Assembly (NCBI RefSeq): GCF_009834535.1
Contig: NC_045696.1
Location: forward strand, 10,604,001-10,668,000
Direction of reading: 5' to 3'
Source of the DNA: Camelus ferus
Lineage: Eukaryota
Length of the DNA: 64,000 bases
The notes beneath the pieces were generated by a model, which made no database searches, had not been told where the DNA came from, and saw only the letters and a list, made by a program, of their open reading frames with translations. Position numbers and translations under genes: made by a program. This document shows, piece after piece, positions 25,601 to 38,915 of this stretch (the first letter of the stretch is position 1; every line of letters begins with the position of its first letter).

Positions 25601-28364
25601 ATAATTATTCCAGCCCTGGAGAGCTACTTTGAAAGTGAATAGAATCTGTCAGATCGTCTTTTGAAAACAGCAGTTGGCTGCTTGTCTTGGCCATATTAAA
25701 TGGATATATCTACAGCCCAGCGAGGTTGTTTGAGATGGCGATAATCAGCTTAAGTTGGTTTTGGTGGCGGGAAGAAAGGCACTAGAAACAGGGCAATTAC
25801 TGAGTTGGCGTGGAACAGCCGCCCTGATATGGTGACGAGGGGGCTTCTATTCAGTTCTTGAAAAAATGGAATCTTACATTCTTTGTGAATGAATAAAAAG
25901 AGAAGTCCATAAGGACTGGGTAATTTCCAGATGGGGTGGGTGTGGGGCAGCAGGGAGACTCGAAGGGGATCGTAGGGGCTTGGGGTATGCAGTCCAGTCT
26001 CCTCTCAGGCACAGAACCAGGAATGGAAGGACAGAGCGACCTTGAGGCTGGATCAGGTGGTACCATGTGCTTCCACTGAAAGTGAAAACGAAGCCATGTC
26101 AGACTTGGGTTACACATCCCCAGGGGGCAAAGTACTGAGGAAGTGGCTTTAAATACTCATTCATCTTATATAGAAGCCAGGGTTCCTGCTTCCCTCACCC
26201 TGAAGTCAGATTCTGGGCAACCTGAACTTACCTGTTCATGGAGGAAACATCAGATTTATTAAAGGGGGGTTCCCAGAGAGGCATCGCCTGGGTCCCCTTC
26301 TTCCAGACTTCAAGCTTAGCCCTTGGGTGCTCCCCCTGAACATGGCTGCCTCCAGATTTGGTCTCAGAAGACAGACTGACTGCAAAAGACTCAGCTTGCT
26401 CTCGGCCCCAACACTGGGTCGCGTTGAGGTGCACCAGGAAAGAATGTTTGCAAACTCTGCCGTTACTCTGTGACTAGTCGAACTGTTTATGCATTACGTT
26501 TCTATGTGGAATGTGAATCTGGAAAGTAGACAAAAATTTGCCCCAGTTTCGACTTTCTTATTTGCTAATGTCGGGGGAGCCCCTGGTGGCCTGCATGGCA
26601 CTGGTCTCTGGGAACAGGGTGAAGCAGGCTCACAGGACCAGATGGCTGGGTGGCTTCGAGGCCTGTGGCACAGGCTTCCGTGGTTCTGGACCACAGACAC
26701 TTTGCCACCAACACAAGGAGGCACTGTCCCGCCCTCGCTGAAGCAAGTCAGGTGAGGAGAGTACTCTCGGGCCTGCTGGGGTTGCCAGGGCCCGCCGTGC
26801 GCGAGGTCAGGCACTGGGTGTCCCACTCCTGCCCCTCCCTGCCCCTGACACCTGACATTTTTATATGTAGAAAGCCTGCCTCAAACAGATAGCTATTCAA
26901 GATGGGAGACCCTGCATGCTCCGAGGAAGGAAGGGGTATTCTGCCTCTCTGCTGTGTTTCTGCAGAAAATCATGCCATCCCAGTGACTGTTTTCAGCAGG
27001 GACTGTCACGCTCTTTTCATAACCAGAGATCACTGTCCCAGGCAGGAGCACCTTCCAGAATTCCAGACGCTGGGAAAGAGGTTTATCCTGTCGTCCTTGC
27101 TCCCCTCCTTGGCAATTTCTTTGCCAACATGGCTCACTCATCGTTCTCCCACATCCTTCCCTAAGGAGTGTAGGACAGTATAAAAGTCTTCTGACTCAAC
27201 ACACAGGGGTTTGGGATGAATTCTGACCCACACATCTTTAAGCCCCTTCCTCCCACCCCCAGCCCTGACACCGTGCCTTGATTTCATTATTTTTTGGTTG
27301 GTGTTCATTTTTTTACTCACTCTGTGGGTGTTTCCCTGTGAGGTCCGTGCTTCAGAAGGAGTTCCAAAAAGGACTCTTGAGTGCTAGCGACCAGTCTTGG
27401 AAAGGTGAGTGGAGGACCCGCTGACAGTTTCTGCATCTGGGCTCTTGTATCATTGGCCAACGGCCAGCATCATTTGGGGTGAGTGAATCATTTGGCATTG
27501 GCTTCATCAAAGCTCTGGGCTTTGCTCCAAGCATCTAGAGGTTCTGTTTGGCCTGGCCCCTGTCAGCAGTTAGCTGCTTGCTCTTGAGCAAGTCATTTGC
27601 CTTGAATGGTTTCAGGGTTTTCCAGAATAAGAAAATCCCTTTCCCTTTTACCGTGTTTCAGAAAAGCGTGCCTAGACACACGTGTTTGTTTACATGGCAA
27701 GGCTGGCCCCACTTTGCTCTTTCTTTGGCAAACTGTCACCCAGTGATGAGTTTCAGAGCCATGAAAATGTGGCTGAAAGCAAGAATGTGGGTGCAACTCC
27801 CACTGAGGTCGCCACGTGCAGGATGTTTTAGCTGTTTTTTGCTAGCCAAGGAGGAGTTTGGCCACCTGTCACTTGGGTCACCCACTTCTGCTCAGAGGCC
27901 ACAGAGGAGCAGATGTCTTCCCCTAGGAAATGGGGACACGGCGGGGAAGGGAGCCCCACAGCCCTCTCCACTGCACACAGGCGGGGGCGGAGGCAGGGAC
28001 AGGGCTCCCGGGGCGCTGAACTCTGCATGTGATTGAGACATGTGACCCCCTCCACTGCCATGACCTGGTGTCCCCTCAACAGAGAGAATTTATGTGGGAC
28101 ATTTCTCACTCCCTGACAGACCCATCTAGCGGATTTTTGTTTCATTGGTGGATTCATATATCTTTTCTCAATTTTTCCTATTTGTTAAGCAATTTTACTT
28201 TTTTTTTTTTTTTTTTTTTTACTTTATCATGATCCTTAAGGTAGAAAGATTTCCAAAATGGAAAACAGAGAGAGGGAAAAAGAGAGATCTAGTTCATTCA
28301 AAAAAAATATGTACTTCTGAATATCCCACAAAATGTTCAAAAACATGTAAGGAAGGCTAATCTC

Positions 28365-28560
28365 GGGGCCTGAAAACGTAGGTTCTAATCCTAGTCTCAC
28401 TTTCTTGCTGTTTGACTTTGGGCTAATTACTCAACCTTTCTGAGCTGTAGTCTCCTTGTCTATAGAATGGAGATAATAGGCTGTGCCTCACCTTGGACAT
28501 TAGCCATACACATTAACAGATGTGAAAGCCGTTTGTAAAAGGTAAAGAACTATTCGTACA
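28365..28560 (+). mobile_element. MIR SINE
   Basis: 'ggttctaatcctagtctc...gactttgggctaattactcaacctttctgagc...tctatagaatggagataata'. Confidence 0.75.
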
Positions 28561-29849
28561 TAAAGCATTGGTATGAGCAGTAAAAACCAGAGAATCTCGC
28601 AAAAATAACCTGTTGGGTCATCCTTGCTATGGGTTACATCTGATAAGAAAATAGCTATGGAAAAAATGTCCTGTACATTCTAGATTGCAGAAAAACAGAA
28701 TTGTATTTTAATTACAGAAAAGATAACCAAGGTTTACACCTGCCCCCTGGGCCCCTGCACTTCTTAATACTAGAACAGCTTCTAGTCAGCTCAGGGTCTT
28801 GAGACACTGTGCTGACCAATGAGAAGGGAGAAGAGTCTCTTCTTTAGGTCTTATTGGTTACAGGAGCTGTCAGTCATTGCCTGTCCACTGGATAACCCCC
28901 TAATAGGCTTAAGTGATCGTTGTCTACACCACCTGACCTGAGCCCAAAATTTCTGACTAGTTTTTCTAGCTTGCAAAAGATGAGTGGGACCCTCTAATTG
29001 CTCTCTTGGGGTTTGGAATTGAAAGCATGAATTAGCCAAGTGAAGTCAGGTAAAGCAGCAAAAAGGGCATGTGAGGTTTGGGGTTCAGGGCTCCGTGGCC
29101 AGTGAAGGTCATGTGTAAGAAGGCAGGAGTATGGGGTGGGTTCCCAGAAAGATGCAGAAACACCATGAGAGGAAGGCAGGCTGGCTGCCTGGGACCCCCA
29201 GCCCTCTGTGTCTGTGTCTCAGTGTCTCCAGACCCTGAGCCTCTTCTCCCCAGGGTCACTCAAGTGAGTTTCTATTCCTGATGCTTTCCTGCCTCATTCC
29301 ATCCTCAGGCAAAGCAGGTAGATTTGGACTCCCTGACATTCATCTTAGGGTTCACACCTGGTAGGGCGAGGCAGGGGTAACAAGAGTGTCTGATCACTAA
29401 GACCAGCTTCAGCTTTGCCACAAAAAGGCTCCTGAGCTGGAAAACCCTTATCTTTTGCAGGAGACACCATCCTGTAGGTCAGGGTCACCTGGCAGCCTGG
29501 CCGTGGGCAGAGGAGGCCTTCTTTTTTCTGTAGGGCAAATGACATCTTGGTTAGTTAAACAGCTGCCTGTTTCTGTGCCAGAATTCATAAGTGAGCCTGC
29601 CTCTGTTTCACAGACCCCCACCCCAGTCTGCTGCCTTGAAAATGTGGATCAGAGATGTGGGCAACGTGTGCGGCTGGTTCAGTACCAGTTCCTTCGTTGG
29701 TGGAGTAACTCAAAGCTCATGCCTAACTAATGGTGGCCAGAGCATCCTCAGAAATGTGGACTGTGTCACACTGTCTTTCTGTGTGAAGGGCAGTGAATGG
29801 ATAACCAAATTAGTTGTAATAATAATAGTAATAAATAATAATAGCAGCA

Positions 29850-30095
29850 AAACTAATAATAGCTAGATTTATGAATCTTGAATTAAGGGTATATGCCTGG
29901 TACACTGGTAGATACTAGGCTTTGCATTAAGTACTTTACATTAACCTTGTGAGGTAGATAATACAATTACCCCCATTGTACAGGGGAGAAAACTGAGGCC
30001 CAGAGATGCTAAGTAGCTTACCAAAGTCTCACAGCTAGTAAGCAGGACAGCTGACCGTACTCTGACCCGAGAGCCTGGACTCCTGAGTGTTACAT
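29850..30095 (-). mobile_element. MIR SINE
   Basis: 'cccattgtacaggggagaaaactgaggcccagagatgctaagtagctt'. Confidence 0.8.
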
Positions 30096-30639
30096 TATCA
30101 GACCTGTGCTGTTGTCACAGAATCAATAATAAATAATTACACGCCATTAAAACCCTCCAGCTGGGTTAAATCAAATCATACTTCATGATATATTTTTTTA
30201 GCCACAGAATCATGCCCGGTAGGTCCCTTAGGGAAAGAGATTGTTTATTTTTTTTCCTCTTTGGCTGTAACTCCCTCAGCTTTTGGCATTGACCCCTCTC
30301 CTAGTGGGCGTCCAGGAAGTTTTGCTGGCCAGCTTCCCTGTCCCTTCCCCCTTGTGTAGTTGCTGTCCCCAAGGCCAAGGAGAGTCGGCAGCTTGACAGT
30401 GAACTGCTACTGGGAAACATTTTTAACTTGCATTGCTTTTTAAAGTACAAAGGATTATGTGGTTTTGGTTAAAAAGGGCATGTGATAAAAACGATCGTTC
30501 ATTTTCTGAATGGCTTGGTGTGCGTTCTTTTAGATAATTTAATGTATCGATGTAGGTGGTGTCAATGTAGATGCAGATACAGAGCGTGCCACGTGGGTGG
30601 CTCCCTTTCATCCTTTCCACTGGGTTCACTGTAAGTTAC

Positions 30640-30900
30640 CCCATCAGTCCCCTGTGGGTGAATGTTTCATTAGCTCCAATTTTTCAATTTTGCAAGTACT
30701 ATCATAATCAACCCCCTTGTACATATGTTATCATACACTTGAGGGAATAGCTCAGTATGATATAGTCCCAGAAATGGAATTTCTGGATAAGATGGTGTAA
30801 ACATTTTATATGTTGGTAGAGGCTGTCAAGTTATTCTCAAAAAAAGTTACCACCCACAGCATATGAGAAGACTTGATGCTACGCTCCCATCACAAAGGTA
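30640..30900 (-). mobile_element. Old L1 fragment (L1ME-like)
   Basis: 'cccttgtacatatg', 'cccagaaatggaatttctggat', 'cccacagcatatgagaa'. Confidence 0.6.
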
Positions 30901-31974
30901 TATTATAAATTTAATTGTGTTTGTATTTATCCTTAGCTTGACTTCCTATGGGTCCCGTGATCCCGGGTCAGTGTTTGTTTGCATGGTAGACTGTCACCCT
31001 GGGAACGGTTTTCCTATTGAAGTTAACCAGGATTCATAGGAATAATGCCACCTACACCATGGCTTCTATATTTAAGCATGAAAAAACAGAACAAAACCAA
31101 AAAGCCCTAACCAAAGAGAGGTGGAGATTTGTGCATATATACTGAATATTTTACATTCTTCTAAAGATATAAAGTTGAAAGCTTTTCCATATGGAAATTT
31201 CCATTAGCTTTGAGATTCTGGGAACACTTTAAATTTGTACTGAAAATGTCTGGAGGAGTCATGAAGATAATAACCAAAATTAGACTTACAGCCTCCTAAA
31301 CTGATCTAATACCTGTTACTAAAGGGTCCAGAACTCAATGTATAGTTGGTTAAATATGGTAGATTTAATTTAATAAATTAATTTAATTTAATAAATATGA
31401 AGAATTTTACCTGAGGCTCTGAGTCTGGAGTGGATCCTCTTAACTATGAGAAAAAAAAATCAGCATTTATAATTTCAACCAAATGACTTCATTTCTAGAA
31501 ATCAACCCATCATAAGTGCAAAGATTACTCTAAAATTAATTGCGAGCAATTAGAATCTTGGGATGGAATTGGAAGTAAAGCAAAAGTAAATAGAATCATT
31601 TAAAGGTACCAAACCAATACCAGTGACCCTACACCTAACATGTGGCAGTTGTGCATTTGGTTTCTTACTTCTTAAAACATGACTGTCACAAGAATAATTT
31701 TTTATAAAATTACGGCCAGTTTCATGTTGCATGAAGAAAGTTCTATTCAGAAATAGGGCAGAGGATAAGCCAACTAGTAGTGCAGTAGGTAATCCAACTT
31801 CGCCAAATTATTTGGGTTTATGTTAAATAATGTTAATAATAAATGTCACTATTATCAAGAATCGAGTCAATGTGCATTTAAGTGGATGACTGGTACCGTG
31901 GAAACTATCTTCCTACTAAAATTAACCAGGAGTAACAGAAGTGATGTTGCCACTATCTGTTATTACTACTGTCA

Positions 31975-32200
31975 CAACTACCAGTGATTAAATAAACCCT
32001 TACTATCTGCCCGGTAATATGTATCATACATTTTCCAAATATAATTCCAGTGGGGAAAAAAAATGCTATCTCTTTTTACAAATGAGAATGTGCACCAACA
32101 GTTTAAGTGGTTTGCCCAGGATGACAGAGCTGGTGAAGTTCACACAGGAATTCAACTCTCTTCCCTTTAGTCCCAAACGTGGTGTTTTCATCACTGCGCT
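31975..32200 (-). mobile_element. MIR SINE
   Basis: 'tttttacaaatgagaa...ttaagtggtttgcccaggatgacagagctggt'. Confidence 0.7.
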
Positions 32201-32529
32201 TCGTGTGTTAGCCCTCAGGTGAGTCTGGCTGCAAAGTGATCTTATTTTGTGAGGCATTCTCTGTGCAGAAGTGCCATGCACAGGAATGGGTCGGGGTTTC
32301 TTTCTTTAAAAAACAAAAGCAAACCAACAGGGGTTGGAACAGGTGGAATGCTTAAGCCAAGCCAGCTTTTGGGTCTGTTTTTCGTCGCGTCTCAATTTCT
32401 GTAATGAAATTTTCCCACCCAGCAGCAGCACAAGTGTCTCGGTTGTGGAGATTGAATTGGGTCTTTTCCGGAGAATGACATGTCTTCCATTGAAACGGCC
32501 CCTTTCTTGGATGGGGTGATGGGGAGTGA

Positions 32530-32556
32530 GTGTGTGTGTGTGTGTGTGTGTGTGCG
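32530..32556. repeat. (GT)n microsatellite
   Basis: Directly visible. Confidence 0.95.
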
Positions 32557-33959
32557 CACTTGTTTGCCCAGTAAAGCGGGCATTCAGGTGGCGCAATGCT
32601 GCGAGTGACTTGTTCGGCTATTTGTGAAGAAGCTGGCAAACTTGGGCCCTCTCCCTGGCAGGGAGGAGAAAGGGCTGCTTGTTTCCGAAATACCAGAAAA
32701 AAAGGCTGGTGCAGGTGGGGCCCCCATCAGTGAAATGTTGTTGGAAGCAGCGGCTGCAGGTGCCGCCTCTGGACACGACGTGTGCTTCCTGGGTCGGGCG
32801 CTGGGGAAAGAGGGCTGCCAATCCCCAAATAGAACCGCACTGTTGTCCCGGGGGTGAATGAAAAAGATGTTTCAGTGCTGTGGACGGATCTGGATGGTTT
32901 GCCACAGAGGACAAAAAGTCTCCTATAAAATTCCATTTACATAGTCCTATCTCACTTGGGCTTTTGGTGACCAGATTCAATTGTGCTGGTGTCCCCTGTG
33001 CTGTGTGATATCATAGCTTCAGAGGAAGGCTTTATTTAGAGGTCACACTAGTTTGTCCTGGGGATGTAGTCATTTTTTGTGTCACAGACAATGTTTTACT
33101 GTGGAGATATGAGCCAGATGGCTCAGCCACTTGCAGTCCAGAGCTAAACAGTGTCTGTATTGTTGGTGAATAAACAGAATCTATTGTCTCCTGCTCATGA
33201 AACTCTAGTGCCCACCACTGTTGAGAGATGAAGTATTTAATAAATTGTTAGGTCTCGCTTAAAGAATCTGAAACAACATCTCAGAAGGATGCAGGCCTCC
33301 CCAAATATAAATCTCATGGGTTCTTAAAAACCACCCCCGCCACCTTTCTGATGGCTTTCTTCCCTCTCCGCCCCCATCGACTTTTTTACAGTAGCCAAGG
33401 CTCTGATTTTTGTTTCTTTCCCACCGCAATCCGTATGCTAATATGATCTGTAATCCTCGGGCATCGAGATTGGGGAACAACATGAGGCCTGTGCCTGGCC
33501 TCCTCCAACTTTCTCACCCCCTCCCAAGTCCTGCCACCTATTTGTCAGCCCCGGAGAGTACAGTGGAGCCTTACATGAGAGAGAGCGGGCTACGGAAAGG
33601 CAGTTTCGGGATGTGGTTCCTCCCTCCCTGCCGCCTGAGATGATGCCCCATGGCTGAGGATAGGTGCAGTGTCTGGCAAGCTCCTTTCACAAGCTGATGG
33701 CCTCACACCACGGGGCGGGGCAGAGGTGGGAGAATCTGCTCACTCCAAACAACAACAACAAACAACACAGCACGGCGACACAGAAGGATTACAGCCGATT
33801 TCTCTCCTTTTGAAGAATGCATTTAGAAAGTTGCTTTCTGAGCATTGACCGCTATCCACCTCCCTTTCTTTCTTCTCTCCCCTCACCCACCCCCAGTCTG
33901 CATCTTGTCTGTCTAAATGAAGCACACGCTTCCGTTTAACTTCGCCCAGCTGTGGCTGG

Positions 33960-34270
33960 GTATATTGCAATGTCAGAAGTCTTCGTTTCCTGCTTTAATT
34001 GCAGCCCAAGCCAACCTTGACTGGCAAGGAGAAAGCCACTGACAGGTTTGGGCTGTGTCCAGACCTCCTCAGACTCTCTGTCAGCCAACTGTTTGACAGT
34101 CTATGCAAATACATGCAAATGAAGGGACACTGGCCGAACACCTGCAGAAAGTGACCATCCCCGCTTGGGCTCGGCCTCCCCGTAACTGGGGGTTTTGAAA
34201 TGCTGCTTGGTCGCTTTCTGTCAGTTGATTATGCATTTGTCAGCAGAACGCTGGGCTGATAAAAACGCTC
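33960..34270. promoter_or_regulatory. Candidate enhancer with tandem octamers and MEIS/TALE sites
   Basis: ATGCAAAT at 34103 and 34113; TGACAG/CTGTCA at 34040, 34078, 34094, 34218; repeat-free. Confidence 0.45.
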
Positions 34271-37200
34271 CTCTTTGTCCTGAAGAGCCGCAGAGCTCCA
34301 TGTGGAACTGTGAGTGCCAGGGATAGTGGGATGGCTCCGGGCCAGCCCTTGTGAGTCCTCCCCTCTGTCTCCAGGACCCAAGTGGCAGCATCCGAACTCT
34401 TGTGGGCTTGCCCGCCTCGAGGAAGGCCTTCTGTTTCCCTGGGTGTAAAGGCATAATGTCGGTGCTGGGGCAGCAGAGCGAAAGGCCGGCTCTCTCTAGC
34501 AGCTGGAACTTGGCGACTTTGAACGGTAGTGTGTCCTGGATTTTAAGAAAAATCTGCCCGGGCTGTCAGGGAATTGGAAAGGGGGGAGAGAGCCCGCCAC
34601 CTCGAGTGGGAACCGAATTGCCAGGCACACACAAACCACCTCCAGACTGTGGGAAGACTGCCAGGCGGCCCAGCTCTCCCATCCACTGGCGGCCTGGCCA
34701 TCTCGGCTCCCATCTGCTCAGGCCTCTGCTGGCCTCTGACAACCCCTCTCTTCAAGAGATGCTGGGGCCAGCCAGTCAGTTGTTAGGGAAAGATTGTATG
34801 TGGGACTGTGTAGTTTTGAATTTGGCCTTTTTGAAGGTAAGGAAAGTGACCCAACCAGCGCAGGACGGGTGGACGAACGCTGTTCCAGGAGAGAGGAGTA
34901 AGGCAGGGACACTGCCCACCGATGTTCTACGTGGTCCTTAAACATCTGCCACCAGCACTAGGGAAAGCATTTTGCATTTTTTGTGCAGCTGGACTTTGAT
35001 CCCCTAGAAGAACAAGTCATCTTGGGAATGGTTGCATGAATAAGAACTTCTAAAGCCCCCACCCTCTCTGCTTGCAGGTTAGAAGGACTTTGACATACGG
35101 GCATCTTCTTGTGTATTGGGGGGCACCTGAACATACACAGCCTAAACACAAGACCATGGTGTCTAGAACCACTCTGGGAGTAAGCAGGCATTGCTCGTAA
35201 CAAACAAGTAACTGATGTTGGTGTAGACTGCTGATCCAAGAAATTTAGACTCCAAAGTGTTTTTTTCTCCCCCTAAAGAATCATTTTGCCATTCATGCAA
35301 CTTCAATCCATCAAATAGTTGCCCATCCTTTCTTGTCTATGAAAAGAAGCAAAAAAAAAAAAAAAAAAAAAATCCAGTGAAGACTCTTAAGGTGACCCTC
35401 CAGTCCTTTCCCTCTCTAAAAGGAAAAAGCGTATCTTTGGGCTTTCCCAAAGCTGCTATTCTGGGACCTGGTGGAAGATATGAGTGCGTGGCTTTTAAAG
35501 CAGACGTGAGTTCTCTGTGCTGAGACTGACAACTGACATCCTTCGAGCGGCCTGGATCAGAACCCTGATGCGTAACCAAGAGGCTGACAGATCACCTAGA
35601 GCTGGGGATGCGTAACTGATAAACATCTTGGTATTGAAAACAAACGGCAGGATGGTGTCAAGTCAAGGGATTGTGGTAACAGAGGTTCTCCAGCGACTGA
35701 TTTATCGCAGAGGGAAAGAGGGCAAGCTAGCTCAGAAAGGTACATCAGATGCCTGCTAAGTCCCCAGCACTAGGCATCTGCTGTTATGGGTAAACTGAGG
35801 CCAGAAGGTATAGAGGAGAACTCACTCAGGGTCATGTCATCATTAAAAATAGGACCCCCAAGCCCAGGTCAAGATCCATCCACATCTCCTGTTAATTATA
35901 TCACATAATACGTGCAATAAGGAAAACTCTCAGTGGGACCAGATATCCACAGAATCCGGGGCATGTGTATATGAAAGATAAAGATGATTTAAACTGGAAA
36001 TAAAGGAAGTTTTGAGAAGGGATGGAGATGTGATGAGGGAAACCTCCCATCGGGCGGGTCTTCTCTTCCTCTGAATCTCCATGAGACAGATATTGTTTGT
36101 GGTTGTCATAACATCAGCGAGGAATGAAAGCCAGAATGTCATCGGCTGGGAGGCCGTGGATGGATTTTCACAGCCCCAACGCCTGGCAGACAGGTGACTG
36201 GGTCCCACTCCTCAGTGCCAAGGCATGTTCCCTGGGCACCAGTTTTCACCAAGTGGAAAGAGCGTTTCTTCATACCAGCTGTAATTCATAATGTACAGCA
36301 TCTCTCATTTAAATGAGCCCACCGTTTGCCATTTTTTTTTTTAAAAGGGAAAGCCAGAAAGAAATAAAATGCCACATAAATGCGACAGTTTGGTTTCTCT
36401 CTGGCTTGCTCCCTCTTTTTAAAATACACTTCAGAACCCAAGGTAGTTGTATTTAACCAGCTTTAATGTCTTTTCAGGGCTGTGTGCAGGGTTGTGGTCA
36501 CTCAGGCAGCAGTAACTTTGAAAAAATGACCCGTCTACACCCAAACAATAACAGAATCCCCCTTTTTATGTTGGAAACGCCCACGGCTTTCTGTGTATGG
36601 GCAGACTCCCCACGTAGATGCAACTGTTTGACCAGCCTTCTACTGAACAACTTAATTAAGCAAAAGAAAATGTGTCAGTTTCTGCCAACCTCACAAAAAC
36701 AGAGCTGTGGGGGTAAAAAGGGTCGGCCGAATTAACCCACATTCCTGAACGGGTTCACTAAAGCGAGGCTGGCTTTGCAGCAATGCCAAGGGGAACCAGG
36801 CGCTGGATGGTCATTCAGATTGATCAAGACATATTGTTCGGTAGATCATACTGAACACAATTAAAGCTGCAGTACCTCGGGGGCTACGGCGGCTCGGGTG
36901 TGAGTTTAGCTTAAAGCAAAAAAAAAAAAAATCTTGTCACGACATGGTGCCCACCATTGACATTCTGCACAGTGACAGAGACAAAACAGTTTTCGCCCAC
37001 CATATGAAAACAGCAAGTTGTTTTTAGTTTTTCCTCCTTGTTAGTATCCTGCCCCCGCCCCCTTCCTTCTCCGTGAAAGCACATGCAATATGCAAAGTAA
37101 CTGTATGCTCTGCATGCAATTTGCTCTGGCCAGACCAAACCCGAATTTAATCCTTTTTTTTTTTTTATCCTGAGGGCGGGGAAGTGCCCCTGCCTAAATC

Positions 37201-38714
37201 CTTCTCTGGAAGCTGAGAAAGCAGAGGCCCCAGGAATCCTGTTTCCTAGCCAATTAAATTTTGTGGGTTTTTTTTTTTTTCCAGGCTTGGGTTTTGATTT
37301 TGCTTCCTTTATGTGAAGCCAGGATGGAGCTTAGCGCCCAGCACTCCTCCCCACCCCTACCCCTCCCCACCCGGTCCGGAGCCTCCTGCAGCCACGGGAA
37401 AAGCAGGGGCTTTCAGTGGCAGCCAGAGTGAATTCAGAAACTTCACTATTCATTTTGGGGAGAAACTGGATCGGCACCAGTTTGGCGTGGAGGCCATGAG
37501 ATTGTGGCATTTTTACTCCCGGTTATTCATTCTCTCTTTCCCTCTCTCTTTCTCTGTGTTTAGCAAGTCATCATATAGCATTATTCCATACAGAAAGCAT
37601 CCCCCAGTTAGAATTACATTGCCCCACATTCCAGGCAGGGAAACACAGGCTCAGGCGAATCTTCTGTTCCCAGTTTTGCAGGGAAGCTGATGCACTAGTG
37701 TTTAAGGGTTGGAAGCCACTCAGTCACACATCAGATAGAAATGGGCTCCCCGGGATGAGCTGATGCACCACCCACACTTCTCTATGGGGACAACCAGAGG
37801 TCCTACCCTTCTGTGCTGCAAGGAACCATTTAAGAGGCATTGCTGCTTGATACCTACTGCGGGTGTTCTTTGGAGTGGAGATGTTTCCAGTTAAAGATTC
37901 AAAGGTGGCTGAATTATTAGAAGGCCACAGAGGCAGCTGCATTTGCTTGGCCACTTGGAATAAATCTGCACAAATTTTGCCAGATAAACCGGGCAAAACC
38001 CTGCCAGTTCTGACAGACTGGGCAGACAGAAAACAGAGGAACTGGCAGAAGTTTGGTGTAAGAAGACAAATTAATAGAGCCCTGTGCATGGTGCACAAGG
38101 CAACAGCGTCAGTGTGCACGGAACACGACGGGCCATATGGCTGCTGCTTCTGATTTTATAAGGGTTTCTGTCTTGACCTTGCACCCCACAAAAAGAATTA
38201 TTTTGTCTTAAGAATACAGAAGTTTCAGGCAAAAGCCTTCAAAACTCAACACCCATGACAAGAATGGCTTATTCTTTTAAGGGTTCCTTATATTTACAGA
38301 TAATGAGCCACGTGTCCCATTGGTGTGCTCTAAGATCTGGGATTAGCCTATATTTCTAATTTTTTCCCCAAATTATTCAGGCCCTAAAGGGGATTTTTCA
38401 TTTCTGTCTAAAGGGTGAAGCTTCTCTGGTTGGCAACTTTGATCCCCCCAGGGGTCAGCTGTCCCCAAATGGTCCTTCTGGGCCCTGATGGAAAATCTGA
38501 GTCGAAGGACTTTCAGTAGACGTAATGCCCCAAGGACTCACCCTCTCCGGCAGGGCCAGCCAGGCAGCCAGCTGGGCCCTCACCCTGCCTGCTCTCCTGG
38601 CCTGGTTTCCTGTTCTCTTGAAGGCCTCGAACATCTCACTCAGTCCCCAAGACAGAGTGTTGTCTCTTCAGAGGGTCCGAGGTCGCTCTCTGTGCCTCTC
38701 ACCACTTGGAGTAC

Positions 38715-38915
38715 AGGTTTCGGAACTGGCTGCAGGGGTTCAAGTCTCCTCTCTGCCACTTAACTGCAGTATGATTTTAGGCAAATTACTTAAGGCTCCT
38801 GCACATCAGTTTCCCCGTCTGTGAAGCTGGGCAAATCTTAGTATCTACCTCAAGGGCCATCGTGAGGCTCAAGTAAGTTAGTTTACGTTGTATGTTAGAA
38901 CAGCGTACATCATAG
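38715..38915 (+). mobile_element. MIR SINE
   Basis: 'gggttcaagtctcctctctgccact...ggcaaattacttaa...tcagtttccccgtctgtgaa'. Confidence 0.8.

Noticed and set aside
26226..26234. Perfect minus-strand donor CAG|GTAAGT
   Set aside because: No convincing partner acceptor; isolated donors occur by chance, as do the + strand AAG|GTGAGT sites at 27405 and 43565
28860..29290. Possible very old MaLR LTR (also ~54030-54700)
   Set aside because: Similarity too faint to set family or boundaries by eye
34351..34941. 196-aa ORF (also the 190-aa ORF at 20066-20638 and 175-aa ORF at 24375-24902)
   Set aside because: No homology I recognise; lengths are plausible by chance in GC-richer sequence when alternative starts are allowed
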